Positions 8,863 to 17,776 of a stretch of 64,000 nucleotides of DNA are shown piece by piece (the first letter of the stretch is position 1; each line of letters opens with the position of its first letter). The notes under the pieces were generated by a model. The model was given only the letters and a program-made list of their open reading frames with translations. It searched no databases and was not told where the DNA came from. A program made the position numbers and the translations under genes. The stretch covers positions 44,589 through 108,588 of the forward strand of contig JBGAGQ010000009.1 in NCBI GenBank assembly GCA_044226625.1, written 5' to 3'. This DNA comes from Thermoanaerobaculia bacterium. GTDB lineage: Bacteria > Acidobacteriota > Thermoanaerobaculia > Multivoradales > UBA5704.

Positions 8863-11586
8863 ATGACCGAGCACTTCGGAGAGAACCGGCCCGGCGCCTC
8901 GAGGGACGCCGGGCCGTTCGCTTGGAACCCCAGGGCCGGCCGATGCGCGGGCCCGATCTCCGTCTCGATCTTTCTCTGGGCCTCACAGGCCGCGTTCGCG
9001 ACGGTCACGCCCCCCGATCCATTCGCCCCCTGCCGCGAGCAGATCCGGAAGGCGCCGGAAGCGGACACCTCGTATCTCTGCTTCTACGACGCGGCGAGCG
9101 CCGCGAACCGATTCGCCGACGCCGATGCTCAACTCGAACGAATCGCTCGAGGCGAGCACGGCGGGCCGGGACCGGTCGGCGCCGCCTGGGCGCTGCTGGT
9201 GCGCGGCTACATCGCGCTCGACGCTCTCGGCCGGGACGAGGACCGCGCGCTCCCTATCCTGCGTGAGGCGGCGGCCCGCTTCTCCCGCCTCGCGGTGCCG
9301 GCAGGCGAGGTCAAGGCGCGCGCCAACTTGAGGAACGTCCTCGCCCGGCGCGGTGAGACCGCAGCGGCGGCCAAGGAAACCGCCCGCGCGCTCGCCGCCG
9401 CCGAGCGGTCGAAGGACCCCGATCTGCTCGCCTTCGCCCTGATCCTCGAAGCCCATCAGCTGATGGAGGCCGGGGGCGACCTCACGCACGCGACCCAAAG
9501 CTTGAATCGCGCGGAGGCGTTGGTCTTCCCCGACGGCAACCCGAGGCGCCAACAGAGCTGCCTCGAAGCGCTCGCGGGGTTGAGCTTCCGTCTCGGCCGC
9601 TACGATCGGGCGGGCGACTACTACCGTCGTCTCGCGGCCATTTACGAGGGCGTGAAGAACGGCCTCGGCCAGGCGACCGCGACCTACAGCCTGGCGTTGA
9701 CCCGACAGCGGGAGCTCGAAGAGCTCCCCGAACCGGGGGGCCTCGAAGAGGTCGAGACGCTCGCTCTCCAGGCGCTCGCCCTCTCGCGCGCGGCGGGAGC
9801 GAAGGAGATCGAGCAGCGCAGCCTGCAACTCGTCGGCGAGAACGAGCGGGCGCGCGGCCGCCCCGAGCGGGCGCGCGAGGTGCTGCTCGAAAGCCTCGCC
9901 CTCGCGAGAGACCTCGGCCAGCCGGAGAGGATTTCGGACACCCTCTGGTCGCTCGCGCACCTCTCCAAAGGCGAGGAAGCCGCGAGCTACGCCAGGCAGG
10001 CGACCGCGGCGATCCAGGCGATCGGCGATCCGCGATCGCTCGCGATCTCTTGGCAAGGGAAGATGCGGGTCGACTGGCGTACCCTGCCGCGCGAGGTCGC
10101 GATCGCCCATTGCTTCGAGGCGCTCGCGGCGATCGAGGCGCTACGCCGGTTCCAGCCCGAGGAGGAGAGCCGGGTCGGGCTCTTCTCCGCCTGGACCCAG
10201 AACTACCGCTGGCTCGCCGGCCGCCTGCTCGAAGGAGCCTCCCCCGACCTGCCGCGCGCGTTCGCGGTCATGGAGCGGATGCGCGGTCGCTTCCTTTTGG
10301 AGAGCCTGGTGACCTCGGCCGCGGCACCGAACGGGGCGGAAAAACCCCGCGGGGCCGCGGCCGCGCTGTCGGGCGAGGCGGCGTCTCTCGACGCGGTGCG
10401 CAGGACGCTCGCCGACGACGAGGCCCTGCTCCTGTTCCAGCTCGGGTCGTGGCGCGATCTCTACGGCGATTTCGCCGGAGGCTCCTGGGCGATCGTCCTC
10501 ACCCGACGGGAGATTCAGGTCGAGCGACTGCCGGGCCGAGCCGAGATCGAGGCGCTTCTGCCGCTCTTTCTCGGCCTGATCGAGCGGCGGGATGGGCGGG
10601 AAGGTCCCGCGGCGGCGCGGCTCGGCAAGATGCTGCTCGGTCGATCGCTCCGCTCCCTCCCCTCGACGGTTCGCCGGTTGATCCTGGTCCCTGACGGCGC
10701 GCTCTACAACCTGCCGTGGGACGCCCTGCGCGAGACGGCGGAGGGAACGCCGCTCGGCCTGCGCTACGAGCTCGCCCTCGCCCCCTCGGCGACCTTGTTC
10801 GCGCACTGGCGCTCGCTCCCCCGGAAAGCGGCGAGCCGCGGCGCGCTGGTGCTCGCAAATCCCGACCTTCCACCGTCCCGGAAAGAGTCCGATCCCGCCT
10901 ACGGCCCTCTCCCCTACGCCCGAAAAGAAGGGGAGAACGTGGCGCGCCTCCTCCCCGGCAGCTCGCTTCGGACCGGCAAGGAGGCGACGCGCGGGGGGCT
11001 CTCGCGAACCGATCTCTCGCCGTTCGCCGCGCTCCACCTTGCGGCGCACGCGATCGCCGACGGCGCGCATCCCGATCGATCGGCGGTCCTTCTCGCCGAC
11101 GGATCGCTCGGACCTCGGGACATCGTGGCGCTCCCCCTGGCGGGAAAGCTCGCGGTCCTCTCCGCCTGCCGGACGGCGGGGGGCGCCGTGATCTCCGGCG
11201 AGGGGACGATGAGCTTGGCGCGTGCGTTCTTCCAGGCCGGGGCGCGGACCGTCGTCGGCAGCCGCTGGATGCTCGCCGACGACGAGGCGGAACGGTTGTC
11301 CGCGAGCTTCTATCGAGCCCTGAGCCGCGGCGCGACGGTAGGCAGCGCGCTCGCCGCTGCCCGGCGAGAGGCGGCGGACGACGGACTCCCCCCCGCCGCT
11401 TGGGCCGGCCTCGTCTTGATGGGCGATCCGGACCTCACCCTGCCGGCGGCCCTGCGACACCCCTCGCGGACACCGGTTCCCTGGCTACTCATCGGCTCGG
11501 GCCTGCTACTCGGCGTCGGCGCGGGCTTCCTCACGTCGCGAGCGCTCGAGCGGCGCGCCAGGGCACGCCAGAGCGCCGCGCACTGA
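8863..11586 (+). CDS. TPR + CHAT (caspase-like) protease with C-terminal membrane anchor
   Basis: TPR helices; LILVPDGALYNLPW; catalytic His (LHLAAHA) and Cys (LSACRT); SLARAFFQAGA; C-terminal TM WLLIGSGLLLGVGAGFL followed by a basic tail. Confidence 0.9.
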   Translation: MTEHFGENRPGASRDAGPFAWNPRAGRCAGPISVSIFLWASQAAFATVTPPDPFAPCREQIRKAPEADTSYLCFYDAASAANRFADADAQLERIARGEHGGPGPVGAAWALLVRGYIALDALGRDEDRALPILREAAARFSRLAVPAGEVKARANLRNVLARRGETAAAAKETARALAAAERSKDPDLLAFALILEAHQLMEAGGDLTHATQSLNRAEALVFPDGNPRRQQSCLEALAGLSFRLGRYDRAGDYYRRLAAIYEGVKNGLGQATATYSLALTRQRELEELPEPGGLEEVETLALQALALSRAAGAKEIEQRSLQLVGENERARGRPERAREVLLESLALARDLGQPERISDTLWSLAHLSKGEEAASYARQATAAIQAIGDPRSLAISWQGKMRVDWRTLPREVAIAHCFEALAAIEALRRFQPEEESRVGLFSAWTQNYRWLAGRLLEGASPDLPRAFAVMERMRGRFLLESLVTSAAAPNGAEKPRGAAAALSGEAASLDAVRRTLADDEALLLFQLGSWRDLYGDFAGGSWAIVLTRREIQVERLPGRAEIEALLPLFLGLIERRDGREGPAAARLGKMLLGRSLRSLPSTVRRLILVPDGALYNLPWDALRETAEGTPLGLRYELALAPSATLFAHWRSLPRKAASRGALVLANPDLPPSRKESDPAYGPLPYARKEGENVARLLPGSSLRTGKEATRGGLSRTDLSPFAALHLAAHAIADGAHPDRSAVLLADGSLGPRDIVALPLAGKLAVLSACRTAGGAVISGEGTMSLARAFFQAGARTVVGSRWMLADDEAERLSASFYRALSRGATVGSALAAARREAADDGLPPAAWAGLVLMGDPDLTLPAALRHPSRTPVPWLLIGSGLLLGVGAGFLTSRALERRARARQSAAH

Positions 11587-11674
11587 AGGGCCCATCTTGC
11601 CCGCCTACCCGCCCGGATGGGTTCGGGTAACATGTGCGCCCTTTACGATTTCATTTTCCGAGGAGCCGCCTCCA

Positions 11675-12145
11675 ATGTCCCACCCTCAGCCCCTCCGCGG
11701 GTCGCTGCTTCGTCTCGCCCTCTTGCTGTCGACGGTGTGCGCCGTCCTGGCGTGCAGCCGTCAGGAAGAGTTCGATCGGATGTTCCATGAGCGGCTCGCC
11801 AAGCGCGCGCTCGCCTGCTTCCATCCCCTCGGCGACATCAAATCGGCCGGTCCGATCGAAATCGCGGCCGGCGACACGTTCCGAGGCACGATCTACTGGC
11901 AGGGCGGATTCTCCGGCAACGACTACCAGACGAGGATCGAGGCGAGGATCGGCTCGGAGGTCGCGACGATCCACCTGATCGAAGACACATCGCCGATCGC
12001 GGCCGCCGAAACGACCTGTCTGATGCCCCTCGAAGAGGCCGCCGTCCCAGTTCACGCGGAGGATGATGGCGAGACGAGCGAGACGTCCGGCGAGGTGCCG
12101 GCCGAAACGTCGGGTCTCCCGGACGACGCGCCCCCTCCTCCGTAG
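11675..12145 (+). CDS. Hypothetical lipoprotein
   Basis: RBS GAGGAG; lipobox VLAC; acidic/Pro-rich tail. Confidence 0.65.
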   Translation: MSHPQPLRGSLLRLALLLSTVCAVLACSRQEEFDRMFHERLAKRALACFHPLGDIKSAGPIEIAAGDTFRGTIYWQGGFSGNDYQTRIEARIGSEVATIHLIEDTSPIAAAETTCLMPLEEAAVPVHAEDDGETSETSGEVPAETSGLPDDAPPPP

Positions 12146-12151
12146 CGGGTC

Positions 12152-13078
12152 TCAGGGCTCGATCGGGGGCGCCGTCGCCACTTCTTTCTTCTTGCCGAGC
12201 ACCTTGCGCAGCCAGGCTCCGATCGCCGCGATCCCGAGGATCACGAACTTCTTCGCCGCGAGTAGCCCGGCGAGCAGCGCTTTGAACAATCCGGTCTTCG
12301 CCGCGAGCGTGCCGAGCACCAACGCGCCCATGCCGTACTCGGCGACTTTGTCCTTGCCCGGGACGAAGTCGGCGTACCGATGGCCCGGATTGAACTCGAC
12401 CGCCGGCAGGAGCTGCTGCATCGAGGTTCGGATCGACCCGAGCTGGTCGACCGAGGCGACCGCGTTCAGCACCAGGACGCCGCGCCGGCCGAGCACGCGG
12501 ATGTTGTAGTTCAGCGTGTCGACGGGCGAGTCGCCGAATTTGATGTCTTTGGCCCAGTAGAGCTTGTTGCTCGTCTTGTCATAGTGCGGCGGCTCGGCCC
12601 AGCCGATCAGGTGGACCTCCTCGTAGCCGGCCTTGGTCCGCTCTTTGTTTTCCTCGGTCACGTCCTTCTTCATCTGGTCGAGCAGCTCGCCGTAGTTGAT
12701 CTTCTCGGCGTCCTTGTCGTCCACGTAACCGTCCTCTTCGTACGTGATCACGACGCCCCAACCTTCGGGCGTGAGCGGGCTCGGCTCGGCGGGGAGGATC
12801 ATGCCGAGGGTCTTCTCGCCCGGAGGGTTGCCCCATCCTTCGCTGAGCAGGCGGGCCGACTGGTCCGGGTCGAGATAGCGGAACCCGGGGCCGAGCTTGA
12901 ACTTCGCCTTGCCGCCGGCGACCTCGACCGTTCCGGTCTGGTAGCGCAGCTCGGATTCGAGCTTCGCCGGATCGGGCTGCACGGCCGGCGGTTCCTGCGC
13001 CCAGGCGATCGCCGAGCCGGCCCCCATCGCCACGGCGAGACCTACAAAAGACAAACCTCGGGCAAACGTCCGTTTCAT
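12152..13078 (-). CDS. DUF2167 membrane-anchored protein
   Basis: WGNPP, EDGYVDD, GWAEPPHYD, LNYNIRVLGRRG, DKVAEYG motifs. Confidence 0.9.
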   Translation of the reverse strand: MKRTFARGLSFVGLAVAMGAGSAIAWAQEPPAVQPDPAKLESELRYQTGTVEVAGGKAKFKLGPGFRYLDPDQSARLLSEGWGNPPGEKTLGMILPAEPSPLTPEGWGVVITYEEDGYVDDKDAEKINYGELLDQMKKDVTEENKERTKAGYEEVHLIGWAEPPHYDKTSNKLYWAKDIKFGDSPVDTLNYNIRVLGRRGVLVLNAVASVDQLGSIRTSMQQLLPAVEFNPGHRYADFVPGKDKVAEYGMGALVLGTLAAKTGLFKALLAGLLAAKKFVILGIAAIGAWLRKVLGKKKEVATAPPIEP

Positions 13079-13154
13079 CGGCGCCTCCAATCGCTCCCTC
13101 GGATGATTCAACCTGAAGACTGGACCCGAAAGTATCCGCGGCGTTGAGAGCCCG

Positions 13155-14981
13155 TCAAGGCGAGCCGCTCGCGTCGTGGCGAAGACTCGAGGAGGGGATC
13201 TCCAACCGGCTCGGATGCTCCCGGTCGTGGAGCAGCGTGACGTGGACCGTCCGCGCGTCCTTACCCGACTCGTCGGCCACCACCCCGCCGCCGTTCCAGT
13301 TCCGTTCGAGGAAGATCGAATTCGGAGAACGAACGATCAGCCGAAGGCGGCTCCCGGTGGGGAGAACCCGCGCGACGAACGGCAGCTCGAAGGAGTATTC
13401 GAGCGGCAAGCCCGAGGGCACCAACGTCTCCCTCCGAAGATTTGTGCGATAGCGGGCGCGCATCCAATCCTCGCCGAGGAGGATCGGCGCGCCGTCCGGC
13501 CCGACCATCTCCAGCCGAGCCATCAGATCGGCGTCCGGGGCGTCGAGCGCGATCCACAGGAAGAGCTTTGGAAAACCGGAGATCTCCGTCGGCTCGGCGA
13601 ACGGATCGGTCGCGTAGGCGAGCCCGGAGCCCCAGAGATCGTCCGGACCGGCGATCCCTTTCGCCCACTCGACGACCTCCTCGGTCTCGGCGAGCCCCGG
13701 GCGCAGGTCGAGCGGATCGTAGGTCCAGCGGCCGGAGCCGCCCGCGGGGGGAGCCGAGGAAAGCGCCCCAGGCCGCGAGAGCGTGCCTCCCTCTTTGACC
13801 GAGCCGAGAAACCAAGTCCGCGATCGAGGAGCCTCCACCCTCTTTCCGTTCGAATCGAGCGGCTCGAGCGGTTCGAGATTCGCGGCGGAGCGCCACTCCT
13901 CCGTGCCGATCGCGTAGTAACGGACGGGCACCGCGAGCATCGCGGGGAGCGGCCCGCCGCCCATCGAGTAATCAAACCAATCGGCGAGCAGCTTCTTCAT
14001 GTCGACATCCGCCGCAGGACCGAACGTCAGCCCTCCCGCCTCGCGGGCGGGTCTTCGCGCGCCGTGGTGATCCCACGGGCCGATCAGGACTCGATGCTTC
14101 GTGAACGCGGCGGGCGATGCGTATTTCTTGTGCTCTCGGTAGAACCAGAGCGGGCCGACGTGGTTCGATTCATATTGCGCCGTGACGGTCAGGATCGGCA
14201 GGTCGAACCGCGCGAAGTCAGCGGGCGTGGGTGTCGGGTCGTCCCAAAACGCGTCGAGCGTCGGATGGTCGAGAAAGCGCTGGAAGAGCGGCGACGGAGA
14301 GCCGATGATCCGATCGAAATCGCGCAGCGGCCGCGTCGACAGGTAGAGCTCGCGGAACTTCGCGACCCAGAACTCCGAATCGCCGAGGATCTGTGTGTTC
14401 GACGTCGCGCCGGCCGTGAGCAGAAACCACTGCATGATGTCCGGGGTCAGGATGTCGTGCCAGCCGTACATGGGATAGCTGGCCGAGATCGGCGCGATCG
14501 CCGTCAAGTGAGGAGGTCGCTCCTTGAGCGTGCTCCACACCGCTCGCCCACCGTACGAATGGCCGATCATCCCGACCTTGCCGTTCGACCACGGCTGCTT
14601 CGCGAGCCACTCCGCGACGTCGTAGCCGTCCCGACCGTCGTTCCGCCACGGCTCGAACTCACCACCTGAAGTCCCCCGCCCGCGCACGTCGACCGCCGCG
14701 AACACATAGCCCCGAGAAGCGAAATACCGCCCCTCCGCGTGGAACCCGTCGGACGTGTACGGCGTCATGTTGAACACGACCGGAGCCGGAGCGGCGAGCC
14801 CGTGCGGCCGGTAGAGGCTCGCATGAAGACGAACCCCGTCGCGCATGGGGATGCGCACGTCCCAGGTGAGGTCGTAGGTGTTGGCGGGGGCGGGGGGTGG
14901 CGGAGTTTGACCGATGCCGAGCCGGGGACCGAGGGCGAAAACGAGAACGAACGATAGGAGACTTCGAAGCGGATTGCGCAT
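13155..14981 (-). CDS. CocE/NonD family hydrolase (peptidase S15)
   Basis: IPMRDGVRL, TPY, DVRGRG, GHSYGG nucleophile elbow, GPWDH; signal peptide. Confidence 0.92.
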   Translation of the reverse strand: MRNPLRSLLSFVLVFALGPRLGIGQTPPPPAPANTYDLTWDVRIPMRDGVRLHASLYRPHGLAAPAPVVFNMTPYTSDGFHAEGRYFASRGYVFAAVDVRGRGTSGGEFEPWRNDGRDGYDVAEWLAKQPWSNGKVGMIGHSYGGRAVWSTLKERPPHLTAIAPISASYPMYGWHDILTPDIMQWFLLTAGATSNTQILGDSEFWVAKFRELYLSTRPLRDFDRIIGSPSPLFQRFLDHPTLDAFWDDPTPTPADFARFDLPILTVTAQYESNHVGPLWFYREHKKYASPAAFTKHRVLIGPWDHHGARRPAREAGGLTFGPAADVDMKKLLADWFDYSMGGGPLPAMLAVPVRYYAIGTEEWRSAANLEPLEPLDSNGKRVEAPRSRTWFLGSVKEGGTLSRPGALSSAPPAGGSGRWTYDPLDLRPGLAETEEVVEWAKGIAGPDDLWGSGLAYATDPFAEPTEISGFPKLFLWIALDAPDADLMARLEMVGPDGAPILLGEDWMRARYRTNLRRETLVPSGLPLEYSFELPFVARVLPTGSRLRLIVRSPNSIFLERNWNGGGVVADESGKDARTVHVTLLHDREHPSRLEIPSSSLRHDASGSP

Positions 14982-15057
14982 CGCTCCCCCAAGAGAAGGG
15001 TGGTTGGAGGAGACTACCGCGAGCGGCGGGCTGGCTCTCGGGCGCGCCGAGCGCCGG

Positions 15058-15210
15058 CTCGTCGAGGGCGTAGGGCACCGGAAGGATTCGCCCGTCCTCG
15101 AAGCTCGAAACGCCGATGAACAGGCCCGCGCTCCCCGAGGGGTCGAAGAGGTCCGATCCTGAATCTCGGGCTCTCTCCCTCCGCTCGGCACGCTCTCCGC
15201 CGCCACGCAA
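15058..15210 (-). pseudogene. Short remnant resembling the N-terminal strand of a caspase (peptidase C14) domain
   Basis: LFDPSGSAGLFIGVSSFEDGRILPVPYALDE after a GAGGAG RBS, then similarity stops; recognised from memory only. Confidence 0.45.
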
Positions 15211-15318
15211 CTCCTCTAGACCTAGGTTCTCGAAAACGAGGCTCTATTGTATCGGCATACATAGAAGCTGAAGGTAAGGCGTACGACGGAAGGCGGAGGA
15301 GCCCTCCGGATGGTACGT

Positions 15319-15684
15319 TCAGAAGCTTCGACGTAGCCGAATACGACCTGGTTCCACAGTGATGAGATTCCCCCGGATCTCTTCCTCGGAGAGACTTTCG
15401 ATGGCGGCTACCAGAGCCTCGGTCACCTCAAGGCTGGGCGACTCGTTTCCGAAACGTCCGACGATAATTCCAAAGTGAGACCCGAGCGGGAACGTCAGGG
15501 TGTTTGCAAAGCCAATGTCCCCGCTGACGAGAGTCCAGCCTTGGTCGAGTGCCCTTTGCCAAACCTTCTTGTCCGTCGCTCCGCGGAGTCCGACATCTCG
15601 AACATCCGCCGCGTCGAGGCCGCGCCAACGAAGTTCGACCGCCAGGGAGCGAGGGAGATCTTCGTCGACCAGGAACTTAGGCAA
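15319..15684 (-). CDS. DUF5615 PIN-like toxin
   Basis: KFLVDEDLP...GLRGATD...LVSGDIGF; TTG start overlaps the antitoxin. Confidence 0.88.
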   Translation of the reverse strand: MPKFLVDEDLPRSLAVELRWRGLDAADVRDVGLRGATDKKVWQRALDQGWTLVSGDIGFANTLTFPLGSHFGIIVGRFGNESPSLEVTEALVAAIESLSEEEIRGNLITVEPGRIRLRRSF

Positions 15685-15904
15685 TAGCGCGAATCTGCTC
15701 GCCGGCAACCGTTTGCGCAGCGTAAGCCAACGCGGCAAGGATTTCGTCCCGGGTCAGCTCGTACTCGCCAGCAACTTCTTCGAGGGTCATTCCACCAGCG
15801 AGCTTGCCGAGCACCAGATCCACCGGAACTCGAGTCCCCTGGATCACCGGCCGGCCGAAGCGGACGCTCTCGTCAACGCTGATTCTCGGGGCGATCTGGA
15901 TCAT
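15677..15904 (-). CDS. DUF433 antitoxin
   Basis: GRPVIQGTRVPV...LTRDEILAALAYA. Confidence 0.92.
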   Translation of the reverse strand: MIQIAPRISVDESVRFGRPVIQGTRVPVDLVLGKLAGGMTLEEVAGEYELTRDEILAALAYAAQTVAGEQIRAIA

Positions 15905-15964
15905 GATTCCAAGTATACGCCTCAAGCGCGGCTCACCCGGCGGGGGTGGATGTCGGGGCTCCCT

Positions 15965-17731
15965 TTACCTCGACTCGTGCAGCTTCGAGCGTTTCCTCGC
16001 TGTCGCCAGCGAGCTCTCATACGAGCGGCAGACGGCGAGCTTTTCGGTGCGGCGGGGGAAGCCCGCTTTGCCGAGGACTTCGAGCGGCTGGTGTTGGACG
16101 CCCGCCAGGACGACGTAGACGTTCATCTGGAACAGGCGGTCGACCGCCGCCTCGAGCGCGACGAGGCCGGTTGCGTCGATCGCCGGAACGGTCGACAGGT
16201 CGAGCACCACCACGGCGACGCCGCGGGCGACGCGCTGGAGAGCACCCATCGCCTTCTGCGCGGCTCCGAAGAAGAGGGGGCCCGCGATCTCGTAGACCAC
16301 GACGTCGGCCGGCAGCCCTTCGGCGACCAACGGATGGGTCGACTCGGCAAGGTCGGCTCCGGAGACCTCGGCCATGCGGCGCATGAAGAGAAGCGCCGCG
16401 AGCAGCACGCCGAAGGTGATGGCGACCACCATGTCGAACAGCACCGTGAGCAGGAAGCAGGAGACGAGCAGGAACGTGTCGCTCTTCGGCGCCTGGCGGA
16501 AGGTGCGGGCGAAGTTGTGGACCTCGCTCATGTTCCAGGCGACGAGCAGCAGGAGCGCCGCCAGCGAGGCCATCGGTAGGTAGCCGAGCCAAGGGGCCGC
16601 GACCAGGACGGCGAGCAGCACCACAAGCGCGTGGGCCATCGCGGCGACCGGCGAGCGGGCGCCGGAGCGGACGTTGGTAGCCGTTCGCGCGAGCGCGCCT
16701 GTCGCGGCGATTCCGCCGAAGAACGGGGCGACCAGATTGCCGATCCCCTGGGCGAGCAGCTCGCTATCGGGATCGTGGGTCTTTCCCGTCAGGCCGTCGG
16801 CGACCACCGCCGAGAGGAGCGATTCGATCGCGCCGAGCATGGCGATCGCGAAGGCGACCGGCAGGAGCTGGCGGAAGAGGTCGAACGAGAGGGCGAGTGG
16901 CGCGCCGTCCGCGCCGGGGAGGTTCCACGGCAGGAGGGGCACCGGCGGCAGCCGCGGGATCCCGTCGCGAACGACGCCGTCCACCGTGTAATGGAATCGG
17001 CTCGCGATCGTCTCGACGGCGAATCCCGGGACGAACCGTGAAAGCGCCAAGGCGAGCAGCGCTCCGAGCGAGAGAGCCACGAGCGGCGCGGGGATCTTCT
17101 TCGTGAGCCGCGGCCAGAGCAGCAGCACGGCGAGGGTGAACGCACCGATCGCGATCTCCGGCCAGCGCGCGGAGGGGATCGCCCGAGCGAGCGCAACGGC
17201 TCGCTCGGCGAAATGCTCCGGCATCTTCTCGACCGAAAGCCCGAGGAAATCCTTGAGCTGGAGCGTCGCGATCACGACCGCGATACCGGTCGTGAATCCC
17301 GTCGTCACCGGGTACGGCACGAACTGAATCAACCGCCCGAGGCGCCCGACGCCCATCGCGATCAGGATCACCCCGGCCATCGCGGTCGCGAGGAGGAGCC
17401 CACCCAGGCCATGCGCCGCGGCGATCGGCGCCAGGACGACCACGAACGCCGCGGTCGGCCCGGAGACCTGGACCTTCGACCCGCCGAGCGCCGCGATCAG
17501 GAACCCGGCAATGATCGCGGTGTAGAGACCATGCTGCGGCGGCACGCCGGAGGCGACCGCGAGCGCCATGGAAAGCGGCAGGGCGACGACGCCGACGACC
17601 GCCCCGGCAAGCAGATCCGCGCGAAGCTCGGCTTTGCCGTACCCCTGGGCGAACGTCCGCCGAAGGGCCTCGGCGAGCTTCAAGGGAAATTGAGGCGACG
17701 GGGTGGTCGAGACCGTTGAAGGGGAATGCAT
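15965..17731 (-). CDS. dauA: SulP-family C4-dicarboxylate transporter DauA/YchM with STAS domain
   Basis: ADLLAG, ALPLSMALA, GPTAAF, GAIESLLSAVVADG, GPLFFGAA motifs. Confidence 0.88.
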   Translation of the reverse strand: MHSPSTVSTTPSPQFPLKLAEALRRTFAQGYGKAELRADLLAGAVVGVVALPLSMALAVASGVPPQHGLYTAIIAGFLIAALGGSKVQVSGPTAAFVVVLAPIAAAHGLGGLLLATAMAGVILIAMGVGRLGRLIQFVPYPVTTGFTTGIAVVIATLQLKDFLGLSVEKMPEHFAERAVALARAIPSARWPEIAIGAFTLAVLLLWPRLTKKIPAPLVALSLGALLALALSRFVPGFAVETIASRFHYTVDGVVRDGIPRLPPVPLLPWNLPGADGAPLALSFDLFRQLLPVAFAIAMLGAIESLLSAVVADGLTGKTHDPDSELLAQGIGNLVAPFFGGIAATGALARTATNVRSGARSPVAAMAHALVVLLAVLVAAPWLGYLPMASLAALLLLVAWNMSEVHNFARTFRQAPKSDTFLLVSCFLLTVLFDMVVAITFGVLLAALLFMRRMAEVSGADLAESTHPLVAEGLPADVVVYEIAGPLFFGAAQKAMGALQRVARGVAVVVLDLSTVPAIDATGLVALEAAVDRLFQMNVYVVLAGVQHQPLEVLGKAGFPRRTEKLAVCRSYESSLATARKRSKLHESR

Positions 17732-17776
17732 GGTCGTGCGAAATCAGCGATCAGTATACGCGCCTCGATTCGGCGA

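Noticed and set aside
6855-11586. Type III-E CRISPR (Craspase) accessory system
   Set aside because: CHAT and a sigma factor are present, but there is no Cas7-11 or array, and the CHAT appears membrane-anchored.
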